From contig NW_025963779.1 in NCBI RefSeq assembly GCF_023055435.1, forward strand, positions 84,754,001-84,818,000: DNA of 64,000 bases, in the 5' to 3' direction. The stretch's first letter is position 1, and the number at the start of each line of letters is the position of its first letter. Positions 1-10,864 of the stretch are shown here, in pieces. The notes under the pieces are model-generated. The model was given only the letters and a program-made list of their open reading frames with translations, did no database searches and had not been told where the DNA came from. The position numbers and the translations under genes were made by a program. This DNA is from Haliotis rufescens. Its lineage: Eukaryota.

Positions 1-2597
1 GAGACATCACCAACAAAGGAGGTTAGTACTCGGCAGACTTCTTCCTCTCAGCCAGATGGAGGGAACCTGCACGAGACAGCACCAACAAGGAGGTTAGTAC
101 TCGGCAGACATCTTCCTCTCAGCCAGATGGAGGGAACCTGCACGAGACAGCACCAACAAGGAGGTTAGTACTCGGCAGACATCTTCCTCTCAGCCAGATG
201 GAGGGAACCTGCACGAGACAGAACCAACAAGGAGGTTAGTACTCGGCAGACATCTTCCTCTCAGCCAGATGGAGGGAACCTGCACCAGACAGCACCAACA
301 AGGAGGTTAGTACTCGGCAGACATCTTCCTCTCAGCCAGATGGAGGGAACCTGTACGAGACATCACCAACAAAGGAGGAGTACTCGGCAGGCATCTTCCT
401 CTCAGCCAGATGGAGGGAACCTGCACGAGACAGCACCAACAAGGAGGTTAGTACTCGGCAGACATCTTCCTCTCAACCAGATGGAGGGAACCTGTACGAG
501 ACATCACCAACAAAGGAGGTTAGTACTCGGCAGACATCTTCCTCTCAGCCAGATGGAGGGAACCTGCACGAGACAGCACCAACAAGGAGGTTAGTACTCG
601 GCAGACATCTTCCTCTCAGCCAGATGGAGGGAACCTGCACCAGACAGAACCAACAAGGAGGTTAGTACTCGGCAGACATCTTCCTCTTAGCCAGATGGCG
701 GGAACCTGCACCAGACAGCACCAACAAGGAGGTTAGTACTCGGCAGACATCTTCCTCTCAGCCAGATGGAGGGAACCTGTACGAGACATCACCACAAAGG
801 AGGAGTACTCGGCAGGCATCTTCCTCTCAGCCAGATGGAGGGAACCTGCACGAGACAGCACCAACAAGGAGGTTAGTACTCGGCAGACATCTTCCTCTCA
901 ACCAGATGGAGGGAACCTGCACGAGACATCACCACAAAGGAGGTTAGTACTCGGCAGGCATCTTCCTCTCAGCCAGATGGAGGGAACCTGCACGAGACAG
1001 CACCAACAAGGAGGTTAGTACTCGGCAGACATCTTCCTCTCAGCCAGATGGAGGGAACCTGTACGAGACATCACCAACAAGGAGGTTAGTACTCGGCAGA
1101 CATCTTCTTCTTAGCCAGATGGAGGGAACCTGCACGAGACAGCACCCGGGGGGTTAGTGCTCGACAGGCATCTTCCTCTCAGCCAGATGGAGGGAACCTG
1201 CACGAGACAGCACCAACAAGGAGGTTAGTACTCGGCAGACATCTTCCTCTCAACCAGATGGAGGGAACCTGCACGAGACATCACCACAAAGGAGGTTAGT
1301 ACTCGGCAGGCATCTTCCTCTCAGCCAAATGGAGGGAACCTGCACGAGACAGCATCAACAAGGAGGTTAGTACTCGGCAGACATCTTCCTCTCAACCAGA
1401 TGGAGGGAACCTGCACGAGACATCACCACAAAGGAGGTTAGTACTCGGCAGGCATCTTCCTCTCAGCCAGATGGAGGGAACCTGCACGAGACAGCACCAA
1501 CAAGGAGGTTAGTACTCGGCAGACATCTTCCTCTCAGCCAGATGGAGGGAACCTGCACCAGACATCACCACAAAGGAGGTTAGTACTCGGCAGGCATCTT
1601 CCTCTCAGCCAAATGGAGGGAACCTGCACGAGACAGCACCCGGGGGGTTAGTGCTCGACAGGCATCTTCCTCTCAGCCAGATGGAGGGAACCTGCACGAG
1701 ACATCACCACAAAGGAGGTTAGTACTCGGCAGGCATCTTCCTCTCAGCCAAATGGAGGGAACCTGCACGAGACAGCACCAACAAGGAGGTTAGTACTCGG
1801 CAGACATCTTCCTCTCAGCCAGATGGAGGGAACCTGCACCAGACAGCACCAACAAGGAGGTTAGTACTCGGCAGACATCTTCCTCTCAACCAGATGGAGG
1901 GAACCTGCACCAGACAGAAACAACAAAAGGTTAGTACTCGGCAGACATCTTCCTCTTAACCAGATGGAGGGAACCTGCACGAGACAGAAACAACAAAAGG
2001 TTAGTACTCGGCAGACATCTTCCTCTCAGCCAGATGGAGGGAACCTGCACCAGACAGCACCAACAAGGAGGTTAGTACTCGGCAGACATCTTCCTCTTAA
2101 CCAGATGGAGGGAACCTGCACGAGACAGAAACAACAAAAGGTTAGTACTCGGCAGACATCTTCCTCTTAACCAGATGGAGGGAACCTGCACGAGACAGAA
2201 ACAACAAAAGGTTAGTACTCGGCAGACATCTTCCTCTCAGCCAGATGGAGGGAACCTGCACCAGACAGCACCAACAAGGAGGTTAGTACTCGGCAGACAT
2301 CTTCCTCTTAACCAGATGGAGGGAACCTGCACGAGACAGAAACAACAAAAGGTTAGTACTCGGCAGACATCTTCCTCTTAACCAGATGGAGGGAACCTGC
2401 ACGAGACAGAAACAACAAAAGGTTAGTACTCGGCAGACATCTTCCTCTCAGCCAGATGGCGGGAACCTGCACGAGACAGCACCAACAAGGAGGTTAGTAC
2501 TCGGCAGACATCTACCTCTCAGCCAGATGGAGGGAACCTGCACGAGACAGCACCACAAAGGAGGTTAGTACTCGGCAGACATCTACCTCTCAGCCAA
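1..2597 (+). repeat. 71-bp tandem array (~36 copies visible, runs off the 5' edge) derived from a pLGIC exon 3' end plus splice donor
   Basis: Period 71 (ccagatgg at 52, 123, 194...). Unit = tac tcg gca gac atc ttc ctc tca gcc aga tgg agg gaa cct gca cga gac agc acc aac aag gag|gttag = YSADIFLSARWREPARDSTNKE followed by GTTAGT. A 211-bp three-unit higher-order block recurs at 1964/2175/2386. Confidence 0.95.
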
Positions 2598-2839
2598 TGA
2601 AAAATATGCTCCTCTATGTCGGGACATGAGGAGGTAATACATTGGAACAACCTGATCGTCATTTGTCAGCTCGTGCTCTGTCCGCGCCCCTCACTGGCAC
2701 TAGATTGGAAAGATACATTTGTCAGTGCCTTTCTATCCACAAATCAACGTGTTTACCCATTGATCAGCACTATATCGTACAGAGAAGGAGAAGTAGTATT
2801 GTGGAGGGGGGTATTAGACATAATTTCCATTGTTGGCAG

Positions 2840-5800
2840 ACCAAGAAAATCAACTGGGAGTCGTACTTCGACCCCAAGCTCAACATCCAGAACAACATCG
2901 GGGAGTTAAAGCAGACGACGTGGCGGGAGTTGCAGACGGAGGCGGGAGGGGAGACGTATGTGATGGAGAGACGCCGCATCAAGGGCATGTTCTTCGAGAA
3001 GCTGGAACTGCAGGACTTTCCCTTTGACATCCAAGTAGGTCTGAGAGAGTCCTGTGGATTTCCGATACATGCATTTTCAACGAGAGAAAAAATCAGAGTT
3101 GCCCAAAAACAGATGAACTAAGTCTACTATTTGTGTATATTAAAATGGTAGAACCTCTTGCGGCAACGCAACGCCGATTAATAACCAGTTTCGAAAAAGA
3201 TTCCTTTGGGCGTAAAGGCTAAATAACGGTGAAAATTATATAAAGTCTCATCTTGTCTGTCAGTCAACAGTCCTCGTTCTCTCCACAGGATCTCTCCATC
3301 CTCATCACCAGCGAATCCCCGCCGACTGATGTGGAGCTTATGGAGTTCACCTCGTCCATCAGCCACGTCAACGTGGACAGCTTTGTTGATCAGCAGGAGT
3401 GGGGGTTGTACGACTTCGTGGTGGGCGAGCAGCGTCTCACGCCAAATGAATACAGCAGCGTCAAGTACAAGCGTCCTGGCTTCGTCTTCCGGTGCTGCGC
3501 AGTCAGGAGGGTCGGCTACTTCACGTGGAACATCATGTTGGTCATTGTAAGCATAGAGATATTTCTCGACATCTATACACGATTACCCCAAAGACAAGGC
3601 TATTTCAAGCACATGAACACCAAGTAACCCGATGCCTAGGGTAAACCCATAGAAGTCCGCCAAAACGATTCTTTGGTTTCAATTATGAGTAACTGTACAT
3701 GTTCTGAAATGACACGTGTGTTTCTCAGGGTGAGTCAGTAAAAGCAATTTAGCTTTTCTGTAGAACCATTACACCTATACTTTCAACATTTTACTTTGGT
3801 CAGAGGACACTACGTCGAAATAGATTCTGTTATAAGTTATAATCATTTAATCAGTCGGTCAGCTCATGTCAGTGGGTGCATCCTCATCAGCAGTGACGTG
3901 GACCCTAAGAGGATCTTTCATCAGTCGTTTTGGCAAGCAAGTTCCATTTTTCATGGCATCATTGTCATTAATATATGAACTACCGACATTGTTTTACATT
4001 ACACGTGCCCCATTTCCAGGCTATGATAAGTTCTCTGTCATTTGCCGCCTTCTCCGTTGACCGCGAACTGCCCCAGAGGCGTCTTCAGCTGTCCTTCACC
4101 TTGATCCTCACCATGGTGACCTTCAAGTTCGTGGCCTCGCAGTCAGTACCCAAGCTCTCCTATCTGACGTATCTGGTAGGTGGAACATGGCGTCTCTGTT
4201 CACTGTTCTGTTCAGAACCTGCGTGCGAGTACTGTTTCAGTTGTTTAGAGTATTTGAAAGCAATAGCTTGAAGCACATATACACAGTTATTGACAATAGA
4301 AAAAAAAACAGTTCATTCTGACGTATCTGGAAGGTAAATTTTGGCGTCTGTGTACGTGATTCAAAACGCTGATTCAAGTCTTTGGCATAGTATGAATCAA
4401 TCAGTAGGAGTAGATTTGATACAATACCCGACAAAGGCAATTCTAGTAACAGTTTATTCAAGTGAACAACAATGATTCAATGAATGACACTCTCGTTGTC
4501 TCGTTTCGGATAAGGCAACGGTCATCACCAAACTGTGTTCACCTAATAGAGGCCAATGCCACAATAATATTGATACAGTCATGATGATGTCTCAGTCAGT
4601 AGTGTAAGTGGCATATTTCAGCGCTTACTGGTAAACAAGTTTGGAAGTTTAATCGCTTGATTTCAGCTGGTCCTTGTAATTTTTAAGACCGTAAAGCTGA
4701 ACTCTTCACTTAATTCTTGAGAGAAGACATTCACAAGGCGTCCCGCAATATATTGGCATTTTAAAGTTTAGTTGATGGGTATGATCAATAGTCAAGGAGG
4801 AGACACGAGCAGAGTTGCGTCCGTTGGGCACGCCAGAGATCTATGATTGTGGGTTCGAATCCAGGTTCGACCCGATTATGTTTCTAGGTTTGTCAGCACT
4901 CGTGGGTCCTCGTCCGTGCTCGTGGGTTTCACCAAAGCGTTAAATGTCTGAGACCTGCCTCACTTCGGGCTATGCTCCCACTATAAGGTGACACGCCGTG
5001 ATATAACTGTACCTCTGTTCAAAGCGGAAAGGAACTCAACTCACTCACTCACTCAAACTCAAGTAGGTAGTCGAGAAAATCGGGGAAATGTCTTAACAAA
5101 ATCATGACAGCGTTTTTAGGGTAGGTGAACCTTTTGGAGGGTTACGATGACGATAGATAAAGGCTTCGAGAGGGTCATACATTTTGGTAAATTACTTTTA
5201 AAATATGTCTGGCCCATCAATCACTGTAATAAATGCCTCAGACCGAAGTGACGTCAATGTTTGTGATTTCTACTCCAATTGTATTGTAATCACATAACGT
5301 TCAATTCTGTCCCAGGACCGTTACATCCTTTTGTCGATGTCGTTCCTGTTCCTGGTCTGCGGTTGGCACGCTGTCGTAGCGTTGTATAAAAGTGACGACG
5401 CCACCGCTGGCCTCATGGACTACTACGCTTTCATCACCTTCGTTGTTGTGTATCTGTTCGGGCAGCTGACCTTTCTGACCATCGTGTGGACAAAGGTGAG
5501 TTGGATGACATCATGTAGAGTAACAACCTGGGGACCCAATATTCGGACAACTGATTTCAGGGAAGCCTCTCTATATTTGCTTGCGTTTATCTGGTCGGGC
5601 AGCTGATGTTCTTAACCAAGGTGAGTTAGACGACGTGACATGGAGTAGACTGCACGCAGATAATACAGAAGTATGACATCACTTAGAAGTGTACCCCCTA
5701 TGAAAAGGGTTTCACTGTATATAATTAAATACATCAACGTAGAGTAATTCAGATTTGTATCTATGTGGAATAGAAGGGCCGACTCATGTACGTATCAGGT

Positions 5801-7138
5801 GTTCGGGAGACATCCTTTGAGGTTGCAGCAGTTAAGGTGAAGGTCACGTCAGTTTGCCATAGTATTTAAGCCCAAAAGTTCCACAATTTAATAAAAGGAG
5901 AAGACGTTACTGGTTTCTATTTTTATGTGCCTACAATAATTACTCACTACAATACAACGTTTCTCACAATATCGATGACTGGATTGTCTGGTCCAGACTC
6001 GAATATTCGCCGTCATGTAGCTGAAATATTTTATTGTTCAGTACGAGTGCGGCGTTTAGCAGCAAACAAACAAAACTATTATTAAATCCGTGCAATACTA
6101 AGATGTACCGCACGTGTAACAGCACGTGATTCGTGCAGAAAGGAGTTATTTTGTTCAAGGTGTTTCGGGACACACGCTCCCACCTCCACCAAACTCGAGT
6201 GGTAGTGGTAGCCATCTTACATGGTTATTGTCAACAAATCAATGGAATTTATTTTGTTTATCTTTAATTATCAAATAACAAAACTCCCTTTGAATACCAT
6301 TTCAGTTCGTGTTGAAAAAAAGACAAAAAGAACGTATGGAGGAAGAATACCAGGTCAGTCGTGTGTATATTCTGTATTTAGGGCTAAACTTGCGAGATCA
6401 GGGGATTATCCGTTAATACAATTATACAACGGGGACATTACAGCACAGCGTGACGTCATTGTATATAAACAGCAGGGCAAAATGTATACACCCCTGTTTG
6501 GTGGAGGCTAAAAATGATACCAACAGGAAATGGATATTTGATGTATTTGATACAGGTACAGTAGACTACGGTTAAAACGAACACGCTTATAACGAACTGA
6601 CGGATAAAACGATATTACTTTTTGGTCCCGACTATTTGCTGTAGTTATGCTGTATATATGCTTATAACGAACTACGGTTATAACGAACTAAAATAAGTAG
6701 TCCCTTTGAGTTCGTTATAACCGTAGTTTACTGTATCATAGCTGTACATGTGTTTTGGACCTTAAGTTTGCAGTGTTTCGGTGTCTGTTTTCAATCTGGT
6801 AACGTTTTGAAAGCGTTTATAATATTTTGATCAAGTCCCATTTTTACGTGTGTTCTTTCGACCGGCAGTTTATTACCATTCCATCCCCTCAGTGTGCGTT
6901 GGGGGTAAGGGCTAGCTTGTACAACCCTTGTCAGATGTGTTGCTAGGTTGCATTTGGGGTATTTTATTAGCCGAATTGATTATTGATGTTGGTTTGGCCT
7001 TGTAATCTTCCGTGAACTGATTTTATGCAAGTGTTATGTCTTTGACAGAAAAAACTGGAAAGTATGCCAACGTGGGATCGACCGCAAAAGCGTAAACGAA
7101 AACACAAGCATTTCATGAGCATCAACCCGTTCACATAA
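2840..7138 (+). CDS. Cys-less (Pro-loop) pentameric ligand-gated ion channel subunit, 3' part; exons 2840-3034, 3289-3546, 4020-4175, 5316-5495, 6306-6353, 7049-7138 (last two tentative)
   Basis: All introns are GT-AG, phase 0. Joined protein has ELQDFPFDIQDL (Pro-loop without cysteines), FVDQQEW, pre-M1 RRVGYFTWNI, M2 RRLQLSFTLILTMVTFKF, M2-M3 VPKLSYLTYLDRY, a very short M3-M4 linker and M4 AFITFVVVYLFGQLTFLTIVW. N-terminal exons lie upstream of the window. Confidence 0.88.
4808..5060 (+). mobile_element. SINE family B, 5'-truncated diverged copy
   Basis: Aligns to the copies at 19048 and 22224 (gggcacgccaga...gttcgaatcc...ttatgtttctaggtttgtcagcac...ctgagacctgc) and ends in (cact)n. Confidence 0.75.
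5561..5648 (+). other. Diverged duplicate of the M4 exon end and donor; possible 60-nt cassette exon 5561-5620
   Basis: tatctggtcgggcagctgatgttcttaaccaag|gtgagttagacgac resembles native tatctgttcgggcagctgacctttctgacc...aag|gtgagttggatgac. It is preceded by atttcag at 5554-5560 and reads GSLSIFACVYLVGQLMFLTK, phase 0-0. Confidence 0.6.
6559..6733. mobile_element. Tc1/mariner-pogo-type MITE
   Basis: 24-bp TIRs (cagtagactacggttaaaacgaac / gttcgttataaccgtagtttactg), flanked by TA on both sides, with internal ttataacgaac repeats. Confidence 0.85.
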
Positions 7139-7776
7139 ACAACATGTTAGCGTTCTGGGCTGTATCGACGTCACTGTACTCCGACAACGTTGTTCGTTGT
7201 TCACGCGATCAGCTACTAGTGTGTCTGGTCCAGATCCGGGTACTTACAAGATGCCACGATATAGATGCTCTAAACTACAGTTCCTCGTAAAACAACATTC
7301 ACCCACACTTGACCATTCACAGTCATGGGACCTGGGATAGTTAATCGGGAACTTCCTCTTGGTGACTTATCTCCATCGTCGATGCTGTCGTGACTTGAAT
7401 TATTCATATAGGCTAAAGTATCGCCTGTGTGATATTGTATTTTAATTGACTTTTGTTAGATTGTGAAACCGTGATATGGTGTACAAATATAGTATATGAA
7501 ATAAAATAAAGACATCTTATGCCCATTAAAGAGTTTGTCTTTGTTACCATGTCAACATCGTGGTTCCGGAACTGGACCACGTCGCCAGAACGATCTGTCT
7601 GATCCTTGCTTCCTTGCAGAGTGGTGCAACGGTTTATTGATTTGCACATGTATTATTTATGCAATTATGCATTCTGTGTGTTATAAACGTATAACGTATA
7701 TCTAAAGTAATATAACACATAGTCCATGTGTCAGACCAGATATTGGTACCAACTGGGGTGGCAGAATCTCACTATG

Positions 7777-8081
7777 AAGTCCAATGTGATGCAGAACTGT
7801 GGGGAAACTAGCGAGCACGGCTTGATGGGGGGTGGGGGGTGGGAGTCCAATGTGATGCAGAACTGTGTGGAAACTAGCGAGCACGGCTTGATGTGTGTGT
7901 GTGGGGGGGGGGGGGGAGTCCAATGTGATGAAGGACTTTGGGGAAACTAGCGAGCACGGCTTGATGGGGGTGGGAGTCCAATGTGATGCAGAACTGTGGG
8001 GAAACTAGCGAGCACGGCTTGATGGGGGGGTGGGGGGGGGGGTGGGGTGGGGGGGCGGAGTCCAATGTGATGAAGGACTGT
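7777..8081 (+). repeat. Short tandem array: ~51-bp constant unit separated by variable G/GT tracts (4 full copies + 1 partial)
   Basis: gagtccaatgtgatgcagaactgtggggaaactagcgagcacggcttgatg repeated, with poly-G or (GT)n spacers of different lengths. Confidence 0.85.
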
Positions 8082-8612
8082 AAAAAAGATTATCATGTCA
8101 TTCACCCAGGGTCAGTACACGCTCTTGTTTAAAGCATTGTTTTATACGCCAGCAATTCCAGACCCCCCTCACATGATTGATTCAGCCATACAAACCAGTG
8201 CTTAATGATAAGAGCAACGTTACAAGCCATTAGCGAAAACGATGATACGCAATCAACCAAGTCCGGTCGCTTGCTCCAACTTTGTCGCATTATACAAGTA
8301 AGTATGTTTTAATGGGAGATGGGATTGGTTGAGTTACTGGTCAACAAACACAGATACGTTGATATCTCTCTGATCACCTCCGTCCCACAGGACTAGCATT
8401 AGGGGGCATTCCTACTAGAGTTTCTTTGACACAATCCGGCGCCGGCTCGAACCCCATAAATATTGCTCCATCTCAAACTGTGTACCTAACTATCACTAAC
8501 CATGAAAACAAAGGTGTTGTTTTCCATCAAAACCGGTTTATACCATATACGGTTTATAGTGAACCTATACAGTATCACCACTAAGTCGATAACCGGGTCA
8601 TTGTGCAGCTTG

Positions 8613-8798
8613 CCCGTGAACATCCGGTTTAGAATAGGTCTTCAGTGACCCATGTCGTGGTTGATGCATGTCCTCGAAATCAAATTGCGATGATTGATGC
8701 TCATGGTGTCAATCACAGGATTGTCTGGCCCAGATTATTTACAGACCGCCATCATATATCTGGAATATTGCCGAGTGCGGCGTTCAACAACAAACGAA
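8613..8798 (+). mobile_element. SINE-like family C copy (internal deletion)
   Basis: cccgtgaa...tagaataggtcttcag head; gattgtctgg...atttacagaccgcc...tggaatattgccgagtgcggcg tail. Confidence 0.8.
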
Positions 8799-8980
8799 CT
8801 ACTGTATTATGTAAATCCATGCTGAACCGCAGTTGCGAATATTATGTAGTTAAAGGAGTATGCCGAGCGGGACTGAATGGCGATGAAACATTCATTGCGA
8901 CAGTACCGTCTCCATTTAAGATGTCCTTGGTATATGCCCATGTAGCTCCACTAATTATGAGCTTCGGGTTCCCAACAAAA

Positions 8981-9216
8981 CCCCGTGAAGATCCGGGTTA
9001 GAATTGGTCTTCAGCAGCCTATGCTTGTCGTAAGAGGCGACTAACAGGATCGAGGTCAGGCTCGCTGACTTGGTTGATGCATGTCATCGTATACCAATTG
9101 CATGGATCGATGCTCATGATATCAATCACTGGATTGTCTGGTCCAGATTCGATTATTTACAGACTGCCGTCATACAGCTGGAATATTGTTGAGTGCGGCG
9201 ATAAACAACAAACAAA
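8981..9216 (+). mobile_element. SINE-like family C, near full length
   Basis: cccgtgaagatccgggttagaattggtcttcagc...cttgtcgtaagaggcgactaac...ggtcaggctcgctgacttggttgatgcatg...ctggaatattgttgagtgcggcg plus a (caaa)n-like tail. Confidence 0.88.
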
Positions 9217-9572
9217 GCGACAACAAAAGCTTGCCGCGAATAGCTGATGGTACGTTAAGGAATCATCACTCATCCACATCGACACTGTCTTAATACTATG
9301 CAAGAAACAGTTTTGTGTTTTACTGTATTATTATCGAGTTAACATACATTCGTTGTTTGTCTAAATCACCATGGTTACCGATTAATGAGTGTGATCTGCT
9401 GAACTGACATCCTCTCTTCAATAATATAGTATTGTGTGTATATATATATAATATTATCGATTCGAGTACCTACACATGTAGTTAGGTTACCGCTACTAGA
9501 TTCCGCAGTAAATGGGAGAAACACGCCTGAATTATGTAACCACGCTGCGCGATACATACACATTTGGGTCAG

Positions 9573-9838
9573 ACCCGTGAAGATCAGGGGTAGAATAGGT
9601 CTTCAGCAACCGATGTTTCCCGTAAAAGGCGACTATGCTTGTCGTAAGAGGCGACTAACGGGATCGGGTGGTCAGGCTCGCTGACTTGGTTGATGCATGT
9701 CATCGATCCCAATTGCGTGGATCGATGTTCATGTTGTCAATCACTGGATTGTCTGGTCCAGACTCGATTACTTACAGACAGCCGTCATATAGCTGGAATA
9801 TTACTGAGTGGGGCGTTAAACAGCAAACAAACAAACGA
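9573..9838 (+). mobile_element. SINE-like family C, full length
   Basis: Same consensus as 8981, with the 22-bp tgcttgtcgtaagaggcgacta module duplicated; (aaac)n tail. Confidence 0.88.
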
Positions 9839-9962
9839 ACATTTGGGTCAGGGCACTGTGACACTGACATGTCTTCAAACTGAAATCAAGCAGAACGTTT
9901 TTTGAATGGTTGCAGAAATGTTTAACCGTTATGTCACTTCAGAAGCTCTTGATAGATTTTCG

Positions 9963-10130
9963 CCCCGTGGGGATCCAAGGAAAGAACAGGACTCCTGCAT
10001 CCTGAGCTTGAAAGCTGATCAATGAGAATCGTTGGTTGGACTTTGGGTCACGGGTTTGTCTGTGATTATTATTTACAAGTCGCTAGTGATACACCTGAAA
10101 TATTAATATTGCTGTATTTAAGAAATAAAC
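9963..10130 (+). mobile_element. SINE-like family C, old diverged copy
   Basis: ccccgtggggatcc-aaggaaagaaca-ggactcc-tgcatcctgagctt head maps onto the family head; attatttacaag...ctgaaatatt...gctg maps onto the tail. Confidence 0.5.
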
Positions 10131-10864
10131 GAGTGGGAGTTGTTTGTCCAATAAAACACTGCATTGGGAGCAGTCCCGAGTGGTTTATTCACCCTGCAGT
10201 GATTTATTGTACGATAAACAACGACCACAAGTCGCTTATTTCTTTTATGAGATAGCAACGTTGTTTACGGCCTCTTTAAGGATGATGATAAAATGTACAA
10301 GCTTTAAAAATAGTTACCCTTATATAAATATTGATGACTCTCTCAGTAGAATCCGATCTCGGCAATGTCGGACAAGTCCAATTTAGGCACAGGTGAATTT
10401 TTCCCGCATATTCTCACAATCCTCACGTCGATTACCTGTACCTTTTCTCCCAATACCGATTGTGATACCTCTCCCGCTGGATGCGATCGTTCGGTCACCG
10501 CGTTTATCTGCCTTGCCCAGCTACATCTATGGGCAATAACTCACTAGACACTCCCCTCTCAAAATAACCTCGTCCAAAATACCACGTCTTCAAGTTGCGA
10601 GCGCATGTTCGAATCTCGAGAAATGACGTCATGACAGAACCATGCTTTATCTTGAAATAAACCACCCTTTGTTCTTCATTGGTCTTTGCGATATATGGCG
10701 TAGTTATCGTATATAAGCGATAATAAAATTCACGGAGATATTTTCAAAAAACATGTAGCTTGCCATAAAGTCAGTTGAATATTTAGTGATCTCAATGAAT
10801 GGCAGCAGTTTTGACAAATATGCAGATGTGTATAATGTTGGCAGTGACAATGAAAGATCTGATC

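Noticed and set aside
340-2568. ORF-track peptides MEGTCTR... in the 71-bp array
   Set aside because: They are off-frame readings of the repeat; the meaningful frame is ...ARWREP..., and no independent gene structure exists.
7777-8081. CRISPR-like repeat/spacer pattern; also a gtgatga...gaaac hammerhead-like string
   Set aside because: Spacers are low-complexity G tracts, there are no cas genes and the context is eukaryotic; the hammerhead core lacks the C and a paired stem II.
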